DNA of 64,000 bases from Raillietiella orientalis (taxonomy: Eukaryota), in the NCBI GenBank assembly GCA_036172245.1, contig JAYWIR010000023.1, positions 1,984,001 to 2,048,000 on the forward strand. Reading direction: 5' to 3'. The notes beneath the pieces are model-generated. The model did not search any database and was not told where the DNA came from. It saw only the letters and a program-made list of their open reading frames with translations. Shown piece after piece: positions 35,571 through 47,175 of the stretch. A program made the position numbers and the translations under genes. Positions within the stretch are counted from its first letter, which is position 1; every line of letters starts with the position of its first letter.

Positions 35571-37625
35571 TATTTCTTGAAACATAAACTTACAAAAACT
35601 CGGGAGAGGAGTTCTCAAGGAAAGAAACCAAAGTCCACTTCGAAGGTCCACCGACACGCAGCTCAGGCACACAGAGTCCGGAAAGGGAGACAGGGAATAA
35701 TGAATGAAAAATTGGTAGATAGGTAGGTAGGGAGTAGGGGTCCTTGGTAGCTACCGCTCCTTCTTCCTTGAAGCCTTGCTGGGAAGTGAGTGAGTTCTCT
35801 GGAGGTTTATCAGGGAGAGTGGGTCCACCACTCTGAAGTCCTCGCAAACGCGGATGCAAGGCGGTGACTCTCGTTGCTGCCAGTGTAGCTCCAGGGAGAC
35901 GTCAAGATGGAGCTGCACGCAATCCCCCAATGCTGCAATCACCGTTCCACACGGAAGTCCACTGCGCGTAGAATCGTCGCAGCAAGTCTCTCTTCGTATC
36001 CTCAGGATGCAGCAGCGTTGAGCCAGACTTCGCCACAGTTCCTGGAGAGAACCGCGGTCCAGCAAGGGGCGCGGAAACCATTAGACCGTCCCGGACCTAT
36101 CAGCTTCCCTGCTGCTGACGAAGGGGTGATACACGGCGGATGTTCGAGAGTGGAGGTGTTGCCACGAGAGACGAGTGCACTGTTTGGTGGGTTCTCCTCC
36201 ATGTCTGGAACAGTCATTTGTGTGTTCCACATCCGGAGTTCTCATCACTGTTCCCCCATATGCTTGGTGGAATTTCGGCTCTTTGCAGTGCCGGAGGCGC
36301 GTCATGTTCTGATGTTTCTGTTGTGAAGATCTGTGCTTAGAGGAAACTAAGGGTGTTCAGGTGATCGTCAGAGCTTTGGCAGTTGCCTCTCTAGATTCAG
36401 ATCCTGAGGTCTACGGAACTGAGAGGCAATGGGAATGCTAAAGATCCTGCCACCATGCCTCGACAAAGTAAGGCACCTTATGATTGCCTCTGACATCCAA
36501 TATGGCTGCGATGTTTACTGACCTAAAGATTGGGACCTTCTGACGGAGGAATTGTCTAGATTGTCGACGCTCAAGAAGTGGCATCAAGAAGTGGTTCAAG
36601 AAGTGGAAGATGAAGATGTGGACGGTCGTTCTTTGTAGAGGATTCCATAACGTATAGAACTGAAAGATGGACAAAGAATGGAAATGGATCGAAGATTGCA
36701 AAGAAACCTACCTCTTTCATCGCTCCGTTCACTCAACAGACAGAGCTGATCGAGACGGTTCTCAAAATTTACAGCTCTTGCAGAGTGTCACCTATGTAGG
36801 ATCCCAGTATTCCAAAGACCAATGGCTATTTATCTAGCTGGCACTTGGGTTCCTAATCAGGGAAATACCGAGATTCCAAAGCTGGAGCTTGTATTCCGAA
36901 GCAGGAAAGTCTCAGGATTCCAATATCTTCCTCCTCTTCCCTGCTTCAGGGAAGCACATGCCCGTCATCGGAGCAACAGTCCAAAGGCGATAGGCAGCCA
37001 TCCTGCCCGCAGCCTCTCCTATTCCATCAGTTCTTGCGAGATAGTTTGAGGATACCTGCATCAGCAGCAAGTTCCCAAGAAGAACGATTCGCTCGTCGTG
37101 GGGCTCAAATGCAAAAATAGCAGTTCTGTTTGCTGCACATGAGTTAGCAACGCTGACCAGCTCCATAGAAGCTAGTTGGAAATGGAGCACTCTTTGCGAG
37201 ATCCAGAAAAATCTCCATCGCCTTAGTCCTGAGTCCTCGCCTGTCTTCGTAGCTGCGTTAGCCCCACTGACCTGATTCGACGTTTCTGTCTGGGCTGCAG
37301 GACACTTTCCTTGCTGTCGGCTGGGGGCTAGCATCTTCCCCTCGCTGGAGAGCATTTAAGGCATCGACGAAGGGGGTGCCGACTTCACATCGCATCCTGA
37401 TGGGGCTGAGAAGCAATCCTGGAGCTGAGAAGTGCCACCGCAAGCTCACCAGCATTGACCACGGGCGTGGGTGCGAAGGCTAGGGTTTTGACAGCTCCCC
37501 TGCATAGCACTGCTGGGTGCCTGCACACCCTGGAGGCGGTGAGTAAAATACTCACTGCCTTTAGAGTTTTCGGTAACCTGAAGCCGAAAGCGACCTTCCA
37601 GGCAAGCGATTGTGCTCCTCGCTGG
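35571..37625 (-). mobile_element. Tx1/L1-family LINE (copy G): 3' end on minus (35571-~36400) with an inverted RT/thumb piece on plus (~36500-37625)
   Basis: Minus: LLDRGSLQELWRSLA...GLPCGTVIAAL, UTR, AATAAA at the junction. Plus: DRQ...PLLFHQF, FK...GVP, FGNLKPKATFQASDCAPRW. Confidence 0.65.
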
Positions 37626-37629
37626 AATG

Positions 37630-37830
37630 TCTGGATGAAAAGCCATAGATAGGTTGATCCAGAGAGGTGCACAGGTTCTTTTGTTTGGACAGATGAAAAG
37701 GCTGGATAACCGTCTATGAGGGAAGGATCTAGAGAAAATAAGTGCATGCAAAGCATGAGGGTTCATCACTCTGAGGCGACCAACCGAATCTTTGATTTTG
37801 AGCGTTAGTGACCACAGAATCTTGTAGTCC
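37630..37830 (+). mobile_element. Distal APE remnant of the host hit by copy G (proximal piece FTRSCWGV at 35547-35570)
   Basis: SFVW, RLDNRL and VSDHRIL in APE order on the host strand. Confidence 0.45.
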
Positions 37831-40800
37831 TTCACTGACTCACTCGCCTGGAATCGCTTTCCATTTCCATTCTCTTTTCTTAGTTACAATTTTCTAAGTT
37901 ATCAGATTTTTCACTCGACTCCTCTTTGACCGTTCAATGATCATGGAAGACTGATGCTTAACAGTGAATGATACAAAGTAGACAAACGAAGCCAAAGTTG
38001 AAGAGAACTTGAAGACTTTTTACCGGATGAAAATCTAGCAGAATTTTAGTGAACAAGCATAACAAAATAAAAATTCTTCCAGAACAGATAATGAAGGAAA
38101 CTCCTTGATTAGGGATGGATGGCTTTACGAATGAACTGCACCAGGAAAAACAACATGGGCATTCCTCAAAAGTTCTCATCTTCATCATCCACAAATGCGA
38201 GCTAAGTTTCGAAAGCTAGCAGGAATTTGTCCGTCGTGAAAGTACGAAAAAGAACGCCCGACCATAGATTCCAGGATTCCAAATTTAGCGCACCAAACAG
38301 AGGTGCCGTCAAAATTTTTTTTCAGTACTTCGCACAACGGACCCATAAATCAGGCACTCCTTGAAACAAATAACACTTCGAGATCGATGCAATGGACGAA
38401 GATTCGTGCAATTTCAAGTTTTGTGCCAATGGCGATAACTCTTCACGGTGAAATCCTTTGAGTTTCCAAGACATATTTCGGGTGCAAATCCTTGCGATCA
38501 GGTTTCAGCCGCTGCAATTTCACATAGCGGATCATACATTGCCCCGAACCTACAATTTTACGCCACCTTGTAAAACGCTCCAAAACCCCTGACCACCCAG
38601 AAAATACCCGAGCATGCATTGCGTGCTTTCCTGAGCCCAGCTCCCTTCTGTATTCCACCACCTCATTTCTTTTTTGCAAACGGGAAACCGTGGGAGACTG
38701 AGCTCAGAAATGGAGACGAGTCTAGATACTGCATGCGAACAGGTAGAAAGGAACAATAGACTGATCATTAACGCAAAATAGATCATTAACGCAAATCACG
38801 TAGCAGCCTAAATGTGGGGAACGTCAGGAGTTGCCTCTCGCGAACTTCCACGAATCACTGTATCATTTCATGATGGGCACATTCCATCATCTCATGAGCA
38901 CTCGAATGGCAGACAGGAGTCAGCAGTTCAGAAGGAGAACTTCTGTTCAGTATGGTCGCCTGGAAGCTTGTGATGAGGACACTGAACAACTGTGGCGGTC
39001 AACTGCAGGACTGCATCTCCCATTTTCTTCTGCGTGATCAGTGTTTTCCAGTTTGGTGCATATGCATAAAGAGGCGTTAAGCAAGCTGCATTCCTTTCGT
39101 CGGAGTCTCTCGAGCGAGTCATTAGCATTCAGCATTTCTAAATTCTGGTCTGTGAACTCTTGTGGCGTAGATTTAGATTTCATTAACTATAGTACCCCTT
39201 TGCCTCTACAGATAGCCCTTATGGTTCTGGAGACTTCCTTCTTAGCATGCTTGAGAGATGAATCAATTCTGCAGCGGTCTGGCGGAATTCTTTGAATTCG
39301 ACGCGTTGGTATGTTTACAAATCCGAAGGTATGAGATGTGTGAAATAAATGGAGTTACGGACACGTAAGCCACAGAATCCACTTCTAAGTGCATACGTAA
39401 TGCGCCAATGACGCCCTGCAATTTGTGGTCAACCATCAACAAATCTTTCACGAGAGAATCACTGAAGACAAATTACATTCCTTCTACTCGAATTCTTGGC
39501 ATGAAGGAAACTGAGAAGCATCTTTTGTCGATAGCAGGAGCGCTTTCTCGTGTATGTGCATTGCTGCATACGATTTTGCAAGTGTGTGAACTGCTACATT
39601 GTGTACCACCGACATTCACCGTTTGCATTCGCGGTTCCAAACTGTGGGGAACATATGCATCACTCATATCAAGGTTGCGTGCCTAACATACTGGATGTGC
39701 TCCAGGGTGCCGTAGCTCATAGCTCACACATGGGCTCCAAAACACATATGACTGATGTACACATACAAGTTTGTTCCATCATGCCCTCTTTATTTACACT
39801 CAGGTACGGAGCTACACAGGAATTATTCGCTACGTATATTTCACATTATCATAAAATATTTGCGGGAGAAAATCATGTAAAGGACTTAAAATTAAAATTC
39901 GGTTCATTACCATAGAAACGACCATCGCATAGACTTTCATGAAATGAGTGCATTCTCAACTTGCGCAGATTCTGGTTTCAGCTGCGATTCTGAGGGCCAA
40001 GACTAAGCACCCGATATTTCACCGCTGCAGCACAATTCAAATTGCAATCATCGTTCAGGCGGAATCATTTAATCGTGGCATTCATCAAGCTCGTAGCATA
40101 AACACATCACATACAAAAAAAGAAAAAGAAAAGAAAAGAAAAAAAAGCAATGGCTGTTTTGAAATCACAGAAAAGCCCCCTGACCAAGACGAGGATATGT
40201 ACACGTAATGGGTTGCCATGCAAAGAAATTTCGCATCCACTCATCCAGAATTGGGGACTTTCAATGGTTGTTCTGCTCCTTACTTAAAAGAAACATATAC
40301 ACTGAATAGATAACGTCATCATGAAACGTTCTGCAGAGACTGTGGAGTCTGATGCTTCATCCGTATGAAAGCGCATGCAGTAGGTGTTGATGAGAGATTC
40401 CCCACTATCTTCATCCTCAAATCTTCTAGTTCTTCTAGTCATCGTGGGGCTTGCTCAACCGCAGCCAGTGGTGCAACCAATGCATTTCCAATATATCTGA
40501 CGCGGATGTTGAATCTCGGAGCGCACCATTCCTTTCGTCAAGAGCTCCGCTTGCATGCTGGTGATCCTGCACTTCGGCATCTCGTCGTATCTTGGATCCC
40601 AGATCTCATGGATGCCGTGATGCTCACATGGAAGAACACACTTTTCCGTGGAGGAGAAGCAATGATTCACTATCCTTCCCCCAGAACTGTAAACGATGTT
40701 TCGCAGGGGCAGGGAAATGTCCGATGCAATATTTTTGTCTCATCCTGAAGCACCGTAATCGACCTCCAGTTCTGGATGCCTGTAAGTCACCGCGAACTTT

Positions 40801-40869
40801 CACCGTTCTTTCTCCGCCCTTTTAATTTACTCCGCTTGATCGTCATGCTTCCTGGTGGTAGGGCTAGAG

Positions 40870-41600
40870 TTCCTTACGTTGTGGTTGACAGTGTGTGGGA
40901 GCAGCTCTTAGCCACACATCTTCTGCACATACGGTCGCAGATTTAGCCGCGAGCCTCATGCACGAATCGATAGTCGGAGAATCCGAGATGCTCTTCGGTG
41001 GGCAAAGGTGTCTCGAAGAACAATCTTTCGAACATAGAACATGGCCACCATTCTGTCTGACTCTCCACAAGAGAATACCCATGCTTTCCTCAGCTGGAGC
41101 GTGCGCAAGCTGGAGGAGGTAAATTTCTCATTCCTATTGACGGCGTACATGAACTCTCTAGAGTTCATCTCAGATTCTTTCTGCTGGAAGGTCCACTGTG
41201 CGTTCAGTGGCCTCCGTGACCATGAAGAAGGATGATGCGCTGGATCGGGACATGCCATCAAAGCTCCTTGGACCGCTAGCCTCAGATGTTTCATTTATCC
41301 GTGCAAGCAAGATCTTTCCTTCGAGATTTTCGTTCCAGAAAAAAAGTAGCAAATTCTCACATCTCCTGGATGCCTGGCAGTAAACCAGCCACGTGTGATG
41401 GTTCTTTCTCCTTCCACTTTACTGTATAAGAAAGATTTCGTAAGATTGCTTTTATCAGGCGTACGCAGCCAATTTGTTGTCCCTGCCAAGTGTCTGCTAC
41501 CAAGTGCAAGAGTTTGCTCGTCGACAAGGACTGCTTTCGATTTTCCTTGACAAACCAAAACAAGTTTCACCATCGTGGTCCAAAGGAGAGGAATAAATTT
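40870..41600 (-). pseudogene. Decayed SF1/Schlafen-type helicase-like coding remnant
   Basis: AVLVDEQ (Walker B-like), LVADTWQ, ILRN, REFM fragments across frameshifts. Confidence 0.25.
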
Positions 41601-43949
41601 GGGAGTAGTCTAGCTGTTCAGCATGTCTGAGGATTCTCTTTCAAAGAAACAGGCTGTGCTCTGGAGATTCGAGAGCACAGCTCTTTTGGATTTCGGAGCT
41701 TGAATTTTGGATTCACAAAGGATTGTCAGCGGAAGAACTGCTGAATGTTTCCTGAAATACGCGAATCTCCAATTAATCTCGAAAGAAGCAAAGAATCTTT
41801 GGAGGCAAGAAGATCTTTTCAAGAAGTCTGTTCCAAAATATTTCGAATGTGATTTCAGCAGAAACATCAGTAGAAAGCATCCTTGAGGAAGAGAAAGAGA
41901 GAGAAATAAGAAGCCTATCATCTCTTGAATAGCACGAAGAAGAAGCTTTCTTTGCAGGCAAATGCTTCTTCGAAATAGAAAGATGAGAAGCATCCAAGGT
42001 TGCTACTAACGCAGGATATCATCAGTCATGCTAGTCTCTTTTTCGCTAGTACTGCGAGCTCACTAGAGCAAAAGACGAAGAAGCAATACAGGAATCTTTA
42101 TATTCTTCGTCTTAGGGCGGAATCACGGAGATGAGCACAGCATCGGAAAGTTCTGCAAATCACTCGAGACAGTGGAAACCCACTTTAAGGCGGCAAAAGT
42201 TGGCAGCAAACCGACGATTTTCCACGAACCCTGTGTCGTCCTGTTTCCAGTGCAGTGGCAGTTTTGCCAAAGATTTGTACTCTTTCTTACCGGTTGCATG
42301 CCTAGAGGCACATTTTTCAGAGCAGTGAGCCTTTCGTTTGGAACATCTGAGGGTACGGAAGGAAGTCATGCACACGATGAAATTTGGCGAGCCACTCACA
42401 AAGAAGCGACGGCTTGAGACATTTTTTTTCACGAACGAAGCCCTAGAAGGAAGACTGTGCACGATCAGGGAGAAGTAAGCAGATCAACTTGCCTTGAGAA
42501 CGACGGAAGTTCTGCCATCCATGGTTTCCGATTTCCAAAGCCGTCTGCGCGCTCGCTTCCTTTCTCCTTTTGCCATGCCACGTTCACGTTTCATAGGTGC
42601 ACGGCCTCGCGAAAACGCATCTCTCTCCGCAGTCGCTTCTCGAGGAAGATCTTCGGTTCGTTTTAGGAAAAAGAAAGAAAGAACAACACTGATGGAAGCA
42701 ACACTCTTGGGTTCAAAGAGTAGCGGCCACGTTTCTGATTCTTTTCTGAGGAGGGTCTCTCAGAAGACTGCTGTGTTCCAGTTATTCTGAGAGCAAGTTC
42801 TTGCATCTCTGGATGCCTGACAGACCACCGCCCATGTGCTTATTGTGCCTTTGCTTGATCTATGAAAGCTCCCGGTTATCCCAGCGGATGTGAGCCTCCC
42901 TAGGTCCTCATCATCTGTAGGTTGCGGCTGGAGTCTCTTTGCTGCGACTGCGCTCAGAGTTCTGGGTGAATTCGTAAATACAGGGACAGGTGGGCTAATA
43001 CAAGAGTCATCTGCATTCCAGTTAGTCCGGCTGATAGATCCTCTACAGATTCAAGATTTTCTAATGCTGTCGAATTTTCTCGCATGGTGTACTGTGAGGA
43101 GTTGATATCCAGCAGCATCCGATACGTATGAGAGCCCTTTGCGCTTGGTGGTCCGGATTTCTTTTCCTTAGCTTCAGCATCCGCGCAGGCGGTAAAGAGC
43201 CGAGCTTCCATCCGGCTGTCGCTGGAAAGGTCCCCTCCAAATTCCAGCTGAATGGGGGAAACGTTCAGCATGTTGAACATTCCTGAGGAAGTGCAGGCGA
43301 GAGTCATCACAGGAGGATGCTCCATGATGATGTGTTAGATCTGCTCCCCTGTGCACTTTCAAGTGCTTTTTCGTGCTTCCGAGACGAGATGCATGCGGCG
43401 CGAAGGACGTGTCTTCTGCAAAGGGCTGTGAGTTCGAATGCGTGCCTCCCTGCTGATTCACCAGCAGCTTCGAACTTGCAGAGTGGATCCGTTCTCTTAA
43501 GGCATCGGATCGACGCAGAGAGAGTTGTGGAGGTGAGCCTAACCACCCGAGTTTTCTTCGGATGGCTCGCGAAGCGAAACCATCAGATTACTTCCCGATA
43601 TGGGGCTCGCAGATGCCTAGTAGTTTCATCTTATCTCCACTCTGGCTTGGTAGTGTCGTTTCCTCTCCGCGACGATTTATTCTCCCCGCTCTCCCATTGT
43701 GCTCTATTTAGAAGAGCGTCGCGCTCATTCTGGGGTCCCCAACAGCGAGTTTCGGACCGACTTTGTTTTTGATCTTCCCATTTTTCAGTCGTCCGATTCC
43801 TTGTTTGGTCTCTTATTCATTTTTAAACGCCAACGGAGCTGGGGTATAATTATCATTCCTTCTACAAATTTGAGTAATTCTTCAGATTAGAATAACGGCA
43901 GGATGCTCCATCTGCCGCGAGTGTGCTGACTTCGGTCAACGGAACCTTC

Positions 43950-44650
43950 GGTGGTAAGCGGAGTTGTGTCTCTGCTTCCTGATTCATGCTGTTTGTGCAG
44001 CAGCAGCGCAGCGGGTACTTGGGAGCCGCTCGGGATGAAAACATGTCCAGCTACACTCTCGGAGCCGATCTTTCCCGGTTTCCTCCGGGACTAGCGCGTA
44101 GGCACGGGACCGAAGACCGAAGGCGAGACGATTCTGCGAAGGTCAGGAGGGAAGTCGAGAGGACCGTGGGGACTCCGTATGCTAACGGGTGTTCACTCTC
44201 GTTCTGAATCGATGAAGGTCGAGTGCCACTCACCTTGGCTCCGCTACATCTCGGTTGTTTCCCTAGTGGGTGATCTGCATTTTGGCGTTGGTGGAGCAGA
44301 GCCGACCGCACGGCCGAGTTGCAGTTTTTTCTCTCATCCCAGCAGTCAAGAGGGTGAAGTACGTAGGCTTATAGGAAGGCGTGACCAATTTTTACGGAGG
44401 AGCGAACTGAGTAGCTGCTAGACCACTCTTTTATAGGGAGCGGTGCCATATCTTGGCATTTTGCATCCCGATGTGGACGGCCGCGATGAGGTCCTCTCAC
44501 CATCCCTATTTGGAAGCAGTGGAAACAGTCAGGGATGAGAGAATAGCTGGGGACTATGTCGGGCGACTCTATGCCATTCCGTGCGAACCTACAACCAACC
44601 CACCTGGCCGTTTGCAACCACAGCCTGAACTGTGGCATGCTCGGCTGTCC
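43950..44650 (+). mobile_element. Degenerate LINE RT C-terminal half/thumb (Jockey/I-group-like)
   Basis: LRYISVVSLVGDLHF (YLGV.LD..L.F-like); ILAFCIPMWTAA...LEAV...RIAG. Confidence 0.4.
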
Positions 44651-45249
44651 TTGCTGTTAGTCTACAGCATTATCTCTGCAGCAAGAATCGGGCGGAGAGG
44701 CGGCAAGTCCGCTGAGAAGCAAATGGAATTACGGGTGTGTTGGCTGTGTCGGCTCGGTAGGTTTGATGAGCGCACCCTCTCCGTGCGTTGTCCAAAGGAT
44801 GCTCATTCTAGGAATTCGAGCGGCAGCAGCTGAGATACCGCCTTATACGAGGATGAGCGCCTGCCGATGCGAAAAACTACAAACTGTAAATGGCCGTGGT
44901 ACATCTGAAATTGTCTGTTGGTGCGGAGACACCTGCCTGGTTCACGATTTTGGTATCTATTCAAGATGGAAGCTTCGGAGTAACTCATAATCGAGTTAGG
45001 CTTATTGTGGATGTCACCATCAATGGAGCCTCAACTCAATCGGCATCTTAAGACGATTACAGTTGCAACAACATTCGTTTTGCAAACACCAGTATTTGGT
45101 TTTTGTCTTCTGCAAGTATAAGCGTTGTCGGCGCTTCATTCTCTATTAGCTATGTGAACAGCGCCCATTAATCTGTTAAGCGAGTAATTTTCTTTCGGAG
45201 ATCTATTTCTGGGTGCCAATTCATCGTTGAACAACTCGAGAGGTTTCAT

Positions 45250-46262
45250 AGGCAAACCAGGAGAGCGGGTAAACATCAATCTTTGGAAGCGGAAGAGGAA
45301 GCAGGCACTAGTGAGGATTCACCAGCTGAAAGTGGTGTCTGGAAGCAAGAAGATATGGGAAGAAGAACTTGCTTTGGTACCTTGCTTCCTCTTCATTCCG
45401 CAGAGGATATGGCAATGGATGTAGCAAAGGCCCAGATTAACTATCCAAAACTGCAGACAGTTTGCTATCAGTGGCAAAAGCTACCAAATGCGACTGCGCA
45501 GCTACGTTGAAAAAACCAAAGGCAAATCCACTCTCAGGACACGCAATATGTGAAAACGTCAGAAAAAACAGCTCATGGTCCAGAATGGTAAAGAAGAATC
45601 TCCTGGAATACATTCCACAGAAAAATCGGAACGGTAATGTTCTGGCCATCAATGTCAGCCGTTTCGAGATCCGAAACGTGAAGCTGCGAGTGGTTGGAAT
45701 GACCGTCTGGAGAGCTGCCTGCCACTAGACACTCAGGATGACCTTGTCATGACCTGGAAACCCATATCCATGTGCTCATCTTCCTAGCACCGTACCAAGA
45801 CTAGAAAGTGCTGAAAGCGCCGGCAGACCTGCAGACCAGTACAGCAATGGAAGTCCTGAAAGGGATGTTTGAAGGAAGTGGCAACATTCCCCGATACAAT
45901 CCCATGGTGAGGACTGCGATTGACCTCTTTATCACAAGCATTGTGATAGGAAGGGCCAAACTGAGACAACAGAACAGTCCAACGACAGCCATTCAAATCT
46001 TAAAAGGGCTTATCCAGAGGGAGATAGGCATCAGGAACCGTGGGAGGGTCCCAGTCTGGACGTATCGCTATACCCTGAAAAAGATGGACGATATTGGCCA
46101 GATGCACGGGACGTCCAGGAACCTTTATTATGATAACCAAAAGGCGAGTTTCCTTACTGAAGACACAAGTGGAGTGAACTGATAATAGTGACGTCACCAC
46201 ACGGAAGGAAATTTATCTCTGCTTGTTTTGTGTTTCTTGTAAAAGTCGCTGAAATAAAATAA
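45250..46262 (+). mobile_element. L1/Tx1-type LINE 3' fragment of a different family
   Basis: KLR...WRAACH, ETHIHVLIF; ORF ends at 46182; T-rich UTR; AATAAA at ~46253. Confidence 0.45.
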
Positions 46263-46575
46263 CACCACCACTTGTCGGATAGGTCAACACTGCTGGTTTT
46301 GACGCAAGTGCTTTAAAGGTCAACCAGCGGACGCTTTCAGCGGCACACATGTACGAGTTCTCCATAGACTTCAGACTTAGCAGCTGATGTAATGCAAGAA
46401 AGATGCTCGGTGGGTTCCCATGTGCTTACCAAAAGTACCAAAAATGGAACTGACTGTCGCCGTAGCTCTAGCCACAGCGCTGTCCTTACGGGAGCATTTG
46501 GGAAGCAGTCTGATGGCTAAATAGAAGTTTGCATTTGGCATAGTGGAAGCAGCCAGACTTCTGGGTAGGTGTTCG

Positions 46576-47175
46576 GCAGTTTAAAGCGAATGATTAGAGG
46601 CCTTGGGGCCGAAATGACCTCATCCTATTCTCAAACTTTAAATGGGTGAGAAGTCCGGCTTGCTTGAAAGCTGAAGCTCGGACTTTCGAATCCATGAGCG
46701 CCCAGTGGGCCAATTTTCGTGAGCAGAACTGGCGCTGCGGGATGAACCGAACGTTGGGTTACGGCTCCCGCTGCGACGCTCATCAGATCCCATGAAAGGT
46801 GTTGGTTGCTATGGACAGCAGGACGGTGGCCATGGAAGTCGGAATCCGCTTAGGAGTGTGTAACGACTCACCTGCCGAAGCAACTAGCCCTGCAAATGGA
46901 TGGGGCTCGAGCGTCGAGCCTATACCCAACCGCCGGGACAGAGCCGTTCCTGCCTTCCGAGAGCATTCCGGAGGACGGCAGGTTCCTCATGTTCCGGAGA
47001 GCAGGAGGGTTGCGACGGTGCGCGCAGAAGGGTTTGGACGCGAGCTCGCCTGGAGCCGCCGCGGGCGCAGATCTTGGTGGTAGTAGCAAATACTCCAGTG
47101 AGATCCTGGAGGTCTGATGTGGAGAAGGGTTCCATGCGAACAGCCTTTGAGCATGGTTCAGTCGATCCTAAGTCC
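46576..47175 (+). rRNA. Isolated eukaryotic 28S rRNA fragment (pseudogene)
   Basis: AAAGCGAATGATTAGAGG, CCTATTCTCAAACTTTAAATGGGT, GGACGGTGGCCATGGAAGTCGGAATCCGCT, GCAGATCTTGGTGGTAGTAGCAAATA, ending GTCGATCCTAAG; substitutions in conserved positions; no flanking rDNA. Confidence 0.95.

Noticed and set aside
46250..46275. AATAAAATAACACCACC (GGV on minus) as another APE-target junction
   Set aside because: Different LINE family, different register and no other APE motifs in the flank.
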